The translations under genes were made by a program, and so were the position numbers. 38,621 bases of DNA from an uncultured Clostridiaceae bacterium (GTDB lineage Bacteria > Bacillota > Clostridia > Lachnospirales > Lachnospiraceae). The stretch covers positions 1-38,621 of the forward strand of contig CAMWMT010000001.1 of assembly GCA_947175375.1 (NCBI GenBank), read 5' to 3'. The first letter of the stretch is position 1. Every line of letters starts with the position of its first letter. The notes below the pieces were generated by a model. It did not search any database, was not told where the DNA came from, and worked only from the letters and a program-made list of their open reading frames with translations. Positions 1 to 12,838 of this stretch are shown in pieces.

Positions 1-23
1 GCCGCCCTCATGGCGACTCGAAT

Positions 24-52
24 ATCTTACCAAATCTTTCCTGCTTTGTCAA
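24..52 (-). promoter_or_regulatory. Sigma-A promoter (TTGACA-17-TAAGAT) firing out of the left window edge, probably an rRNA operon promoter
   Basis: Minus strand reads TTGACA (52-47), 17 nt, TAAGAT (29-24), with A-tracts upstream (UP-like) and a GTCGCC-N5-GGCGGC leader hairpin downstream. rRNA operons commonly follow gyrA in Firmicutes; the rRNA itself would lie outside the window. Confidence 0.7.
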
Positions 53-107
53 TACCTTTTTTAACTTTTTTCAAGTTTTTCTAATATCAACTTTTTCAGA
101 AAAGAAA

Positions 108-195
108 CGGAGAAAGAGGGATTTGAACCCTCGCGCCGGTCACCCGACCTACACCCTTAGCAGGGGCGCCTCTTCAGCCACTTGAGTATTTCTCC
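108..195 (-). tRNA. tRNA-Ser (anticodon GCU)
   Basis: Minus strand GGAGAAA...TTTCTCC-G acceptor stem, anticodon loop CT-GCT-AA, long variable arm, GGTTCAAATCC T-arm; CCA not encoded. Confidence 0.96.
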
Positions 196-223
196 GGACA
201 CGTCATTTCGTGACGCATGGGTT

Positions 224-252
224 ATTATACTAAATACAGAAATAAATGTCAA
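224..252 (-). promoter_or_regulatory. Consensus sigma-A promoter of tRNA-Ser
   Basis: Minus strand TTGACA (252-247), 17 nt, TATAAT (229-224), with an AT-rich upstream tract. Confidence 0.85.
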
Positions 253-291
253 CTACTTTTTTTATTATTTTTAAATTATTTTTTAAGCTTG

Positions 292-996
292 TTATTTGTC
301 CATGGCATCCTGAATCCTTTTCATCACTTTTTCTGCGATCTCTGTAGTCTTCATTTCCTTATATTCCTCATAATACAGAGGTCTCAGATACTGTACCTCC
401 ACCGTGACGGGATCTACAGACCCTGTATCAAATACTTTATAAGCATTTCGGATACATACTGGAACGATCGGACACTTCGCCTTCGTCGCACTCTTAAACG
501 AACCACCTTTAAAGTTTCCAACCGCATTCGAATTTTTAGAACGAGTCCCTTCCGGAAAGATCAGGAAATTCTTTCCTTCCTTTACTTCCTGGCTGACCTT
601 CTGGATCACTTTCATAGACTGCCTGACATCTTCCCTGTCTATGGAATATGCTCCCATAATACGGAAAATCAGATTCAGAAACGGAAGATGTTCCAGTTCT
701 TTTTTCATAACCACAGAAAAAAAGCGAGGCGAACCATCCAGCAGGGCCAGTACATCATACAGGCCCTGGTGATTCGGAAAATACATAAAGCTCTGGTCTT
801 TTGGAATATTTTCCAGACCACGGGAAATAACAGTCACATTCCCTCCACTATTGGCACGAGAAACGATTTCTTTAAAGAGAGTCAGTTTTTTCTCTTCTGA
901 TATATGGTTGCTATTCGCTGCATAGTACCAGAGTTTCCCATACCAGAAGGGAACGGTCAGAATATTTTTAAAAATCATTAACCAAATTCGTTTCAT
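292..996 (-). CDS. plsC: 1-acyl-sn-glycerol-3-phosphate acyltransferase (lysophospholipid acyltransferase family)
   Basis: NHQGLYD (HxxxxD) and FPEGTRS motifs; 3 nt after the gyrA stop. Confidence 0.85.
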   Translation of the reverse strand: MKRIWLMIFKNILTVPFWYGKLWYYAANSNHISEEKKLTLFKEIVSRANSGGNVTVISRGLENIPKDQSFMYFPNHQGLYDVLALLDGSPRFFSVVMKKELEHLPFLNLIFRIMGAYSIDREDVRQSMKVIQKVSQEVKEGKNFLIFPEGTRSKNSNAVGNFKGGSFKSATKAKCPIVPVCIRNAYKVFDTGSVDPVTVEVQYLRPLYYEEYKEMKTTEIAEKVMKRIQDAMDK

Positions 997-999
997 GTG

Positions 1000-3546
1000 T
1001 TATGTCTCTTCCTCCGATTCTGCTGTCGGTATTTCTTCAGACTGTTCTTCCAGTTCCCTCACCGATTCTTCTTCGGATTCTTCCTCCAGTTCATTCTTTA
1101 CTTCCTCACGAACCTTTGCAATATTGGCAACCTTGATTCCAGCTTCCATATCCACATTCATGAGCTTCACTCCGGAGGTAATCCGTTTCAGCACAGAGAT
1201 ATTTTCACAGCCAATCCTTATAATGATGCCTTCATTGGTGATCATCATGAGTTCGCTGTCTTTATTCACTGCTTTTGCCCCGACCACGACACCTGTCTTA
1301 TCCATGATCTTATAGCATTTGAGTCCTTTGCCACTCCTGTTCTGAACATGGAATTCCTCAATCGGTGTTCTCTTTCCATAACCACCTTCTGACACGATCA
1401 GAAGATAATCCCCCTGATCATGAAGCTGCATAGCGACTACTTCATCATCCTCGTCTAGATTCATTCCGATAACGCCCATAGCTGTACGGCCCATGGTACG
1501 CACCTTATCCTCACGGAATCGGATGCTCATGCCATTCTTGGTCACAAGGATGATATCCTTCTCTCCATCCGTCACTTTTACTTCGATCAGTTCATCATTT
1601 TCTTTCAGGCTGATGGCCTGAAGACCGGTTTTTCGAATATTGGCAAAATCAGAAAGGCTTGTCTTTTTGATAATACCACCCTTCGTGGCCATGGCAAGAT
1701 AGCTACTGCCATTAAATTCCTTCAACTTGATCGCAGCGGTGATCTTCTCGCCTGGCTGAAGCTGCAGCAGATTGATAATCGCAGTTCCTCTCGCAGTCCT
1801 TCCTGCTTCCGGGATCTCATATGCCTTCATCCGGTACACACGTCCAAAATTGGTGAAGAACATGATAAAATGATGGGTCGTGGTCATGAAGATCTCTTCT
1901 ATGAAATCTTCTTCCAGCGTCTGCATTCCCTTGATTCCCTTGCCGCCCCGGTTCTGGCTTTTGAAATTATCAACCGTCATACGCTTAATATAACCAAGAT
2001 GTGTCATAGTTATGACGGTATCGCTGACTGGAATCAAATCTTCCATACTGATGTCAAATTCATCATATCCAATCTTTGTTCGACGATCATCTCCGTATTT
2101 TTCAGAAATCAGGAGAATTTCCTCTCGGATAACGCCAAGCAGCTTTTTCTCATCTGCAAGAATTCCTTTCAGATACTGTATCTTTTCCATCAGCTCATTA
2201 TATTCTTTTTCCAGCCGGTCTCTTTCCAGTCCGGTCAATGTACGCAGACGCATGTCCACGATGGCTTGTGCCTGTACATCATCCAGTCCGAATTCTTCCA
2301 TTAGGGAACTTTTTGCGATCTGGACATTCTCCGAACCGCGAATAATCTGAATTACTCGGTCGATATTATCAAGAGCGATAAGCAACCCCTGTAAAATATG
2401 TGCCCGCTCTTCTGCCTTGTTCAGTTCATATTTGATTCTTCTGGTTACCACATCCTCCTGATGCAGAATATAATATTTCAGCATGTCCAGAAGATTCAGA
2501 ACCTTCGGCTCATTATTTACAAGAGCCAGCATAATCACACCAAAGGTATCCTGAAGTTGAGTATGCTTATAGAGCTGATTTAAAATCACATTCGGATTCA
2601 CATCTTTTCGAAGTTCAATGTTAATCCGCATTCCTTCCCGGCTGGACTCATCGTTGATATAGGTAATTCCGTCGATCTTCTTTTCTTTAACCATATCAGC
2701 GATTTTCTCGATCAACCGCGCTTTATTTACCATGTAGGGAAGCTCTGTCACAATGATCCGATTCTTCCCATTGGCCATAGATTCGATATTACTGACCGCA
2801 CGAACGCGAATCTTACCGCGACCCGTACGATAAGCTTCATTGATGCCAGAGGTTCCCAGAATCTCTGCTCCGGTAGGAAAATCTGGTCCTTTCACAATAT
2901 TCAAAATTTCTTCGATCTGAGTATCTCGATCCTCTTCGATCCGGTTATCGATAATCTTCACTACGGCACCAATCACTTCCCGCAGATTATGAGGCGGTAT
3001 ATTCGTTGCCATACCAACAGCGATTCCAGTCGTTCCGTTGACCAGAAGATTCGGATATCTGGACGGCAAAACAAGAGGTTCTTTCTCCGTCTCATCAAAG
3101 TTCGGGCCAAAATCCACGGTATCCTTATTAATATCCGCCAACATCTCCATGGAGATTTTGCTCAAACGCGCCTCTGTATAACGCATAGCAGCCGCGCCGT
3201 CTCCATCCACGGAACCAAAGTTACCATGTCCATCCACCAGCGGATACCGGGTCGACCATTCCTGAGCCATATTGACGAGGGCTCCATAGATGGAACTGTC
3301 TCCATGAGGATGATATTTACCCATGGTATCTCCGACAATACGCGCACATTTCCGATGAGGTTTATCGGGACCATTATTCAATTCGATCATGGAATAGAGG
3401 ACTCGGCGTTGCACCGGCTTCAGACCATCCCTAACATCAGGAAGTGCCCTAGATGCAATAACACTCATGGCATAACTGATATAGGATTCTTCCATGGTCT
3501 CTTTTAGATCCACTTCATGAATTTTATCAAAAATATTATCTTCCAT
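1000..3546 (-). CDS. gyrA: DNA gyrase subunit A
   Basis: [21 protein letters not shown], catalytic AAAMRYTE, GyrA-box QNRGGKG in the CTD, acidic tail. Confidence 0.98.
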   Translation of the reverse strand: MEDNIFDKIHEVDLKETMEESYISYAMSVIASRALPDVRDGLKPVQRRVLYSMIELNNGPDKPHRKCARIVGDTMGKYHPHGDSSIYGALVNMAQEWSTRYPLVDGHGNFGSVDGDGAAAMRYTEARLSKISMEMLADINKDTVDFGPNFDETEKEPLVLPSRYPNLLVNGTTGIAVGMATNIPPHNLREVIGAVVKIIDNRIEEDRDTQIEEILNIVKGPDFPTGAEILGTSGINEAYRTGRGKIRVRAVSNIESMANGKNRIIVTELPYMVNKARLIEKIADMVKEKKIDGITYINDESSREGMRINIELRKDVNPNVILNQLYKHTQLQDTFGVIMLALVNNEPKVLNLLDMLKYYILHQEDVVTRRIKYELNKAEERAHILQGLLIALDNIDRVIQIIRGSENVQIAKSSLMEEFGLDDVQAQAIVDMRLRTLTGLERDRLEKEYNELMEKIQYLKGILADEKKLLGVIREEILLISEKYGDDRRTKIGYDEFDISMEDLIPVSDTVITMTHLGYIKRMTVDNFKSQNRGGKGIKGMQTLEEDFIEEIFMTTTHHFIMFFTNFGRVYRMKAYEIPEAGRTARGTAIINLLQLQPGEKITAAIKLKEFNGSSYLAMATKGGIIKKTSLSDFANIRKTGLQAISLKENDELIEVKVTDGEKDIILVTKNGMSIRFREDKVRTMGRTAMGVIGMNLDEDDEVVAMQLHDQGDYLLIVSEGGYGKRTPIEEFHVQNRSGKGLKCYKIMDKTGVVVGAKAVNKDSELMMITNEGIIIRIGCENISVLKRITSGVKLMNVDMEAGIKVANIAKVREEVKNELEEESEEESVRELEEQSEEIPTAESEEET

Positions 3547-3570
3547 ACTTTTCTATTCCTCATTATCCGG

Positions 3571-6617
<3,047 letters not shown>

Positions 6618-6633
6618 AAACTGCGCCAAACCA

Positions 6634-6843
6634 TTACTTTATGATCTGGATCGTCTCACCATTACATGTAACCACGTATCCGTCATAAAGCTTCTTCCCT
6701 CTCTGATATTCCGTTTCTCCATTAACCTTCACAAGTCCGTCCTGGATCATAATTTTAGCATCCACTCCGGAACCTGCCACACCTGCCGCTTTCAACGCCT
6801 GGCCAAGTTTTATATAATCATCCTTTAATTTTATTGTCAGCAT
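6634..6843 (-). CDS. yaaA: S4-domain RNA-binding protein YaaA
   Basis: IKLGQALK...GLVKVNGE...RGKKL; conserved position between dnaN and recF. Confidence 0.9.
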   Translation of the reverse strand: MLTIKLKDDYIKLGQALKAAGVAGSGVDAKIMIQDGLVKVNGETEYQRGKKLYDGYVVTCNGETIQIIK

Positions 6844-6859
6844 ATATGTTCCTTCTTTG

Positions 6860-7975
6860 TTAATTCACTGCAGAATTAAAATTCACCGGCAGGATCAGAT
6901 AGATATACTTCTGTTCCTCATCTCTGATAAAACAGGGAGCCTTGGGATTCACCATATAGATCGTTACACTTTCATCATCTATGACTCGAAGAGCATCGAT
7001 CAAGAATTTCGGATTAAAACCAATCATAATGTCTTTTCCTTCTTTCTCAATATCGATTTCTTCTTTCATAGAACCAAGCTGAGAATTGATACGGATTTCC
7101 ATATTCGTATCTTTGATCGTAAATATGATCGGTTTTTTGTCTCCTTCCTTTACCAGAAGCGTTGCACGATTGATACAGCTTAACAATTCTTTTTTATTGA
7201 TGACAAATTTCGTCTCATAATCAGTGGAAAGCATCTGATTGATCTTGAAATATTCCCCTTCGATGAGCCTGGATACAATCGTCGTTGTATCGAATTCGAA
7301 TACAATATGATTGCTCGTAAAGAAAATATGAACTTCGTCCTCTGTCTCACCTGAGAGGATCTTACTAATCTCCTGAAGTGATTTTCCAGGTACTACTACT
7401 TTCCTGTCCGGATAAGAATCCTTTAATTCAATCTTTCGGATAGAGATCCGGTGTCCATCCAGAGATACGACCTTCAGTTCATTATCATGGATTTCGAAAA
7501 GTTCCCCTGTCATTAGCTTATTATTGTCATTATCTGCAATCGAAAAGATCGTCTGCCGAATCACATCTTTCAAGGTATATTGAGAGAGGGATATATAATC
7601 TGATTTCTCTATGTAAGGAAGATAGGAGAAATCCTCTCCTGATTTTCCTGATATCTTATCAAAATGGCTTTTTTCACAGGTAATAGATATCTGATAATTA
7701 CTGTCACTTTCTATGATTACATCACTGTCCGGAAAACTTCTGATGATGTCAGAAAATGTTTTTGCATTAACGGCAATGATTCCTTTTTCCAGGATTTCAC
7801 CTTCAACCTTAGTCTCAATACCAAGTTCCATGTCGTTTGCAGTGAATTTGATCTCATTAGCAGATGCATCGATCAGAATGCATTCCAAGATGGGCATGGT
7901 TGTTTTGGAAGGTACCGCTTTCGATACAATATTAACCCCTTTCTGAAGGTTTGATTTTGAGCAGATCAGTTTCAT
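6860..7975 (-). CDS. dnaN: DNA polymerase III beta sliding clamp
   Basis: 371 aa, SLDGHRIS, SRLIEGEY, GFNPKFLIDAL, LILPV C-terminus; follows dnaA. Confidence 0.97.
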   Translation of the reverse strand: MKLICSKSNLQKGVNIVSKAVPSKTTMPILECILIDASANEIKFTANDMELGIETKVEGEILEKGIIAVNAKTFSDIIRSFPDSDVIIESDSNYQISITCEKSHFDKISGKSGEDFSYLPYIEKSDYISLSQYTLKDVIRQTIFSIADNDNNKLMTGELFEIHDNELKVVSLDGHRISIRKIELKDSYPDRKVVVPGKSLQEISKILSGETEDEVHIFFTSNHIVFEFDTTTIVSRLIEGEYFKINQMLSTDYETKFVINKKELLSCINRATLLVKEGDKKPIIFTIKDTNMEIRINSQLGSMKEEIDIEKEGKDIMIGFNPKFLIDALRVIDDESVTIYMVNPKAPCFIRDEEQKYIYLILPVNFNSAVN

Positions 7976-8030
7976 GTGAATAACTCCTTTCGCTGCGCTT
8001 ATCTGTGTATGATAGGGTATAAATTCGTCT

Positions 8031-8233
8031 TAATAGCAGTAGGGGCTGTGGATTTGTGAATAAGCCCGAAACCCCTTGAAAATAAAGGAAAAAACAAAGA
8101 GAAAAGTATGTGGAAATGTCAGGGATAAAAGGGCTGATTCTGAACAGTTATGAACATCCTCGAAAAAGTTTTAAACTTTTCCACATCTTATCTACCGTCT
8201 GTTCACATACATTTCACATGAAAATGTGAATAA
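8031..8233. other. oriC: oriC, downstream (dnaA-dnaN) half: DnaA boxes plus DnaA-trio unwinding element
   Basis: TTWTNCACA matches at 8055-8063 (-), 8177-8185 (+), 8225-8233 (-); degenerate boxes at 8047-8055 and 8109-8117. Minus strand reads TTATTCACA-AATCCACA-GCCC-CTA-CTG-CTA-TTA (trios 8031-8042), the layout of the Bacillus subtilis basal unwinding system. Confidence 0.88.
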
Positions 8234-8297
8234 ATATGAAGGAGTTTCTTCCTATTGTATATAACATAGAGAACTTGTATGGAGACATATGACAAGG

Positions 8298-9677
8298 TCA
8301 GCCGGTACTCAGTTTCTTACGGATAATGTCTATGTTGTTTTTCAATTTTCCATCGTCTTTTTTTATCTTGGCACGGATCTTGTTGTCTCCGCTGATAACC
8401 GTAGAGTGATCCCTGTTCCCAAGCAGAATTCCGATATTTTTATAGGAAGTATCTGTGATCTCCCGACACAGATACATGACGATTTGTCTGGGAGTGACGA
8501 TATCTGAATTTCTCTTTCCACCTATGATATCTGCAGAAGAGACGCCAAAGTGTTCTGCCACAACATCAAGGATGACCTGAGGAGTTACTTCTCTCTTCTC
8601 GTTTGGAGAGATGATATCCTTTAATACTTCCTCTGCCATGGAGATGTTAATCTCTCTTTTCTCAAGATTGGAAAGCGCGACCAGCTTATTGAGCGCTCCT
8701 TCCAGTTCACGGATATTGGATTTGATATTTGTGGCAATATAACTAATGACTTCATCATCAATATTGTATCCGTCGATCTCTTCTTTTTTTCTTAGAATAG
8801 CCATTCTTGTCTCATAGTCAGGAGAGGAGATATCAGCAATCAGTCCCCACTCAAATCGGGACTGCAGTCTGGCTTCTAGTGTTTCCAGGTCTTTCGGCGG
8901 CCGGTCACTGGAGACAATGATTTGCTTGTTGGCACCATGAAGAGCGTTAAACGTATGGAAGAATTCTTCCTGTGTACTCTCTTTTCCAATGATAAACTGG
9001 ATGTCGTCGATCAAAAGAACGTCGATATTCCGGTATTTTTCCCGGAATTTAGTCATACTAGTATTGTTACCGTTACGGATGGAATCAATCAGTTCATTGG
9101 TAAATACTTCCGAAGTTACGTACAGTACTTTTTTGGAAGCGTCTTTTTGAAGAATATAATGAGCTACGGAATGCATCAGATGCGTCTTTCCGAGTCCTAC
9201 ACCTCCATATAAAAAGAGCGGATTGTATTCCTTTCCCGGAGATTCAGCTACTGCTACAGAAGCAGCATGGGCAAACCGGTTGTTGCTGCCGATGACAAAG
9301 GTCTCAAACGTATATTTTGGATTCAGGTTCGTATGTTTGTTTTCTTTAGTCTCTGAAACAGGAGATGGGTTTTTCCTGGGCTGTGGAATCAGAGGTTTTT
9401 CCTTTTCTGCTTCCTCCTCTGTTATGATCTTTATCTCATATTCTACACCCATGGCTTCAGCAATTGCAACATAGAGAAAGGTTTTATACTTATTATCAAT
9501 ATATGTAACGGCCTGTTCAAATGGAGCTGTTATTTTTACGGTATTGTTTTCGATCCGAAAGATCTTCAAAGGTAAAAGCCATGTTTTAAAAGCAACATCT
9601 GAGAGCCCGTTATCCTGACGAATGCTCTGCAGAATATCACTCCATTTTTCATTTAACAGTTCCAGTTGTGTATCCAT
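8298..9677 (-). CDS. dnaA: Chromosomal replication initiator DnaA
   Basis: LNPKYTF, YNPLFLYGGVGLGKTHL, LLIDDIQF, SRFEWGL, NIRELEGAL, RDHSTV. Confidence 0.99.
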   Translation of the reverse strand: MDTQLELLNEKWSDILQSIRQDNGLSDVAFKTWLLPLKIFRIENNTVKITAPFEQAVTYIDNKYKTFLYVAIAEAMGVEYEIKIITEEEAEKEKPLIPQPRKNPSPVSETKENKHTNLNPKYTFETFVIGSNNRFAHAASVAVAESPGKEYNPLFLYGGVGLGKTHLMHSVAHYILQKDASKKVLYVTSEVFTNELIDSIRNGNNTSMTKFREKYRNIDVLLIDDIQFIIGKESTQEEFFHTFNALHGANKQIIVSSDRPPKDLETLEARLQSRFEWGLIADISSPDYETRMAILRKKEEIDGYNIDDEVISYIATNIKSNIRELEGALNKLVALSNLEKREINISMAEEVLKDIISPNEKREVTPQVILDVVAEHFGVSSADIIGGKRNSDIVTPRQIVMYLCREITDTSYKNIGILLGNRDHSTVISGDNKIRAKIKKDDGKLKNNIDIIRKKLSTG

Positions 9678-9780
9678 ATCCTTATCTCCTGAATTGTATT
9701 GTAATGCTAATCTCTCAAACTACATAATACAATAAATTTTCAAAGATATCAACAATTATCTGATTTGTCCGTGAAAAGAA

Positions 9781-9831
9781 CGTGGATATATGGGTGATTT
9801 ATCCACAAGTTATACACATTTCGGTGGATAA
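9781..9831. other. oriC: oriC, upstream (rpmH-dnaA) half: DnaA box cluster
   Basis: TTATCCACA 9799-9807, TTATACACA 9810-9818, one-mismatch GGTGGATAA 9823-9831, degenerate CGTGGATAT 9781-9789. Confidence 0.85.
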
Positions 9832-9873
9832 CTCGTTGAAAAATCGCAAATAGAAAAAAATATTCGGATTTAC

Positions 9874-9902
9874 TTGACTTTTTTTCGGTGTCTGCGTATA
9901 CT
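9874..9902 (+). promoter_or_regulatory. Sigma-A promoter of the rpmH operon
   Basis: TTGACT (9874-9879), 17 nt, TATACT (9897-9902). Confidence 0.7.
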
Positions 9903-10005
9903 AAAAATAGTGTTTTTTAACATGTGAAATGTGAAGATGCATACTTATTGAACTGCTAATGTTCAATAAGGTATGAATACAGAATGGTAAGGAGGTGCCT
10001 TGATT

Positions 10006-10140
10006 ATGAAGATGACATTTCAGCCTAAAAAGCGTTCCAGAGCAAAGGTTCATGGTTTTAGAGCAAGAATGAGTACTCCGGGCGGAAGAAAAGTTTTAGC
10101 AGCCAGAAGATTAAAAGGAAGAAAAAAATTATCAGCGTAG
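10006..10140 (+). CDS. rpmH: 50S ribosomal protein L34 (not in the ORF track)
   Basis: AAGGAGGTG RBS; translates [44 protein letters not shown]. Confidence 0.98.
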   Translation: MKMTFQPKKRSRAKVHGFRARMSTPGGRKVLAARRLKGRKKLSA

Positions 10141-10165
10141 GCCGCATATATGTGGCCTTTTCTTC
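10139..10165 (+). terminator. Hairpin with short U-tract after rpmH (partial terminator or processing signal)
   Basis: AGGCCGCA-TATA-TGTGGCCT followed by TTTCTT. Confidence 0.55.
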
Positions 10166-10187
10166 TAGGCATTTATAAGGAGAATCC

Positions 10188-10523
10188 ATGAAATTTTCAG
10201 AGTCCCTGAAGCGTAATGAGGATTTCAGAAACGTATATGCAGAAGGAAGATCTTATGCGAACCGGTATCTTGTCATGTATATTCTGGAGAATCAGACGGA
10301 CAGAAATCGTCTGGGAATCTCAGTCAGCAAAAAGGTTGGCAACAGCGTCGTCAGACACAGGATCACTCGCCTAATCAGAGAGAGTTACCGGATACGGGAA
10401 GAACTGTTCAATAGTGGTTTGGACATGGTAGTAGTTGCAAGGAAGAGCGCAAAGGATAAAACCTGCCAGGAGATTGAAAGTGCGCTGCTTCATTTGGGAA
10501 AACTTCACGGAATATTAAAATGA
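10188..10523 (+). CDS. rnpA: Ribonuclease P protein component
   Basis: [25 protein letters not shown] (RNR-motif region); synteny. Confidence 0.96.
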   Translation: MKFSESLKRNEDFRNVYAEGRSYANRYLVMYILENQTDRNRLGISVSKKVGNSVVRHRITRLIRESYRIREELFNSGLDMVVVARKSAKDKTCQEIESALLHLGKLHGILK

Positions 10524-10729
10524 AACAGATATTAGTTTTTCTGATAAAAGTCTATCAGAAGTATTTATCACCGTTAAAAAACACAAAATGTCCTTATTAT
10601 CCAAGCTGTTCCGCATATGGACTGGAAGCTATCGAGAAGTATGGAGCGGTAAAAGGAGGGCTTCTGGCAGCATGGAGGATCGTAAGGTGCAATCCCTTTT
10701 CAAAGGGAGGATACGATCCGGTTCCATAA
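10520..10729 (+). CDS. yidD: Membrane protein insertion efficiency factor YidD
   Basis: [31 protein letters not shown]. Confidence 0.95.
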   Translation: MKQILVFLIKVYQKYLSPLKNTKCPYYPSCSAYGLEAIEKYGAVKGGLLAAWRIVRCNPFSKGGYDPVP

Positions 10730-10798
10730 GTAGGATAAAAGAACCGGTGGGCAAATGTGAGTTGTGGATAGAAGGTCCATAACATAAGGAGGTTTATT

Positions 10799-12070
10799 TT
10801 GGCAGGTATTTTATTGACCCAGAACAATACATTTATCATAGGTGATGTAGCAAGGATCCTAGGATGGATCATGAATGTACTGTTCAATTTTTTAAACGGC
10901 GTATTTGGAATCCAGAATATAGGTCTGTGTATTATTCTGTTTACAGTGATCATCTATCTTCTGATGCTTCCGCTCACCATAAAGCAGCAGAAATTTTCCA
11001 AATTATCCGCAAAGATGAATCCTGAAATTCAGGCGATTCAGAAAAAGTACAAGGATAAAAAAGATAATCAGTCCATGATGGCGATGAATGAAGAACAGCA
11101 GGCAATCTATGCAAAGTACGGAGTGTCTCCGACAGGAAGCTGTCTGCAGCTTGTTATCCAGATGCCGATTCTGTTCGCGCTTTACCGGGTGATCATGAAT
11201 GTACCGGCTTATGTAGGCGGTATAAAGAATATTTTTGTGCCGCTTGCAAACCAGATCCTGGCATCTCCGGGTGGTTCTGCTTTTATGGAAGAACTCAGAA
11301 CAAACGGAAGAATGTATATTGAAGGAAAAGATTATGCAGATGTCAATACGATCATTGATGTTCTGTATAAGCTTCAGGATTCCGGTACGGCTACCTGGCA
11401 GATGCTGATCGACCGGTTTCCGGAGATGGAAGAACTGATTCGGTCAACGCAGACTTCCATCAATCAGATGAATAATTTTGGTATTAATATTGCAAATGCT
11501 CCATGGAATATTGCAAAATCTGCGCTTGCGACGGGTTCGATTCTCATGCTGGTCGGTGCGGTTCTTGTTCCATTTCTTGCGGCATTTACTCAGTGGTTGA
11601 ATGTAAAGATGATGCCGCAGCCGTCTTCCGGAGACAGCAATGATACCATGAATGCTACGATGAAATCCATGAATATGATGATGCCTCTGATGTCTGCATG
11701 GTTCTGTTTTACACTTCCTGCAGGTATGGGTCTGTACTGGATCATGGGTGCAGTCGTCCGTGGTATCCAGCAATGGGCGATCAACAAATATATGGACAGG
11801 CTAGACCTGGATGAGGTCATCAAACAAAATATTGAGAAAAATAACAGAATTCGTGAAAAAAAGGGACTTCCGCCTCAGAAGATCAACGATATTGCCAGGA
11901 CAAATGTAAAGTCGATTGAAAATACCGGCAGAAAGAAAGTTATGACGGATGAAGAGAGACATGATGCAATGGAAGCTTCTACGAATTACTACAAAAATTC
12001 TGGAAAAGAAGGAAGTCTGGCATCCAAGGCAGCAATGGTTGCGAAGTATAATGAGAGGACGAAGAAGTAA
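10799..12070 (+). CDS. yidC: YidC/Oxa1 membrane protein insertase
   Basis: TTG start after AAGGAGG; PLTIKQQK, IQMPILFALY, LPAGMGLYW; several hydrophobic segments. Confidence 0.93.
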   Translation: MAGILLTQNNTFIIGDVARILGWIMNVLFNFLNGVFGIQNIGLCIILFTVIIYLLMLPLTIKQQKFSKLSAKMNPEIQAIQKKYKDKKDNQSMMAMNEEQQAIYAKYGVSPTGSCLQLVIQMPILFALYRVIMNVPAYVGGIKNIFVPLANQILASPGGSAFMEELRTNGRMYIEGKDYADVNTIIDVLYKLQDSGTATWQMLIDRFPEMEELIRSTQTSINQMNNFGINIANAPWNIAKSALATGSILMLVGAVLVPFLAAFTQWLNVKMMPQPSSGDSNDTMNATMKSMNMMMPLMSAWFCFTLPAGMGLYWIMGAVVRGIQQWAINKYMDRLDLDEVIKQNIEKNNRIREKKGLPPQKINDIARTNVKSIENTGRKKVMTDEERHDAMEASTNYYKNSGKEGSLASKAAMVAKYNERTKK

Positions 12071-12084
12071 GGGGGAAGAGCAGA

Positions 12085-12807
12085 ATGGAGTATAGAGAAT
12101 TTTCGGCTAAAACTCTGGATGATGCAATTACAGATGCAAAAGTTAAACTAGAAGCGACTACAGAAAATCTGGAATATGAAGTCATCGACAAAGGAAGCAA
12201 TGGATTTCTAGGGATTGGAAGTAGGCCTGCAAAGATCCGTGCCCGCAAGATTCTGAATGCCAGAGAAAAGGCAGAAGAATTCCTGGAAAAAGTATTTGAT
12301 GCAATGAAGATCAGTGTCAATATTAATATTGTAGAGAATGCAGATGAAAAAGTCATGAATATCGATCTGTCAGGCGATGATATGGGAGTATTGATTGGTA
12401 AGAGAGGGCAGACACTGGATTCTCTTCAGTATCTGGTCAGTCTTGTTGTAAATAAGGACGGCGAAGAGTATGTTCGTGTAAAAGTTGATACGGAAAATTA
12501 CCGTCAAAGAAGAAAAGATACACTGGAAAATCTGGCAAAGAATATTTCCTTCAAAGTCAGGAGAACGGGTAAGACAGTTACACTGGAACCGATGAATCCT
12601 TATGAAAGAAGAGTGATCCATTCAGCGCTTCAGAATGACAGGTTTGTAGAGACACACAGTGAAGGAGAAGAACCGTTCCGCCGCGTGGTAGTGGTTTTAA
12701 AAGAGGGTGTCAAGGTACGAGACAACAATAATAACCGCCGTAGACGTTATGGAAATAACAGGAATTATAATCGGAATCATGGTAAAAAGGGTGGGGGACG
12801 CGAATAA
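12085..12807 (+). CDS. jag: Jag/EloR/KhpB RNA-binding protein (Jag_N, KH, R3H)
   Basis: KGSNGFLGIG, LIGKRGQTLDSLQYL (KH), MNPYERRVIH (R3H); Asn/Arg-rich tail. Confidence 0.95.
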   Translation: MEYREFSAKTLDDAITDAKVKLEATTENLEYEVIDKGSNGFLGIGSRPAKIRARKILNAREKAEEFLEKVFDAMKISVNINIVENADEKVMNIDLSGDDMGVLIGKRGQTLDSLQYLVSLVVNKDGEEYVRVKVDTENYRQRRKDTLENLAKNISFKVRRTGKTVTLEPMNPYERRVIHSALQNDRFVETHSEGEEPFRRVVVVLKEGVKVRDNNNNRRRRYGNNRNYNRNHGKKGGGRE

Positions 12808-12821
12808 GCGTCCCCTTTTTT
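12794..12821 (+). terminator. Rho-independent terminator after jag
   Basis: GGGGACGC-GAATAA-GCGTCCCC followed by TTTTTT. Confidence 0.8.
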
Positions 12822-12838
12822 AACAGTGAGGGAAGAGT

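Noticed and set aside
8210..8225. parS-like CATTTCACATGAAAAT inside oriC
   Set aside because: Five mismatches to the parS sequence used in this genome; better explained by adjacent DnaA-box-like sequences.
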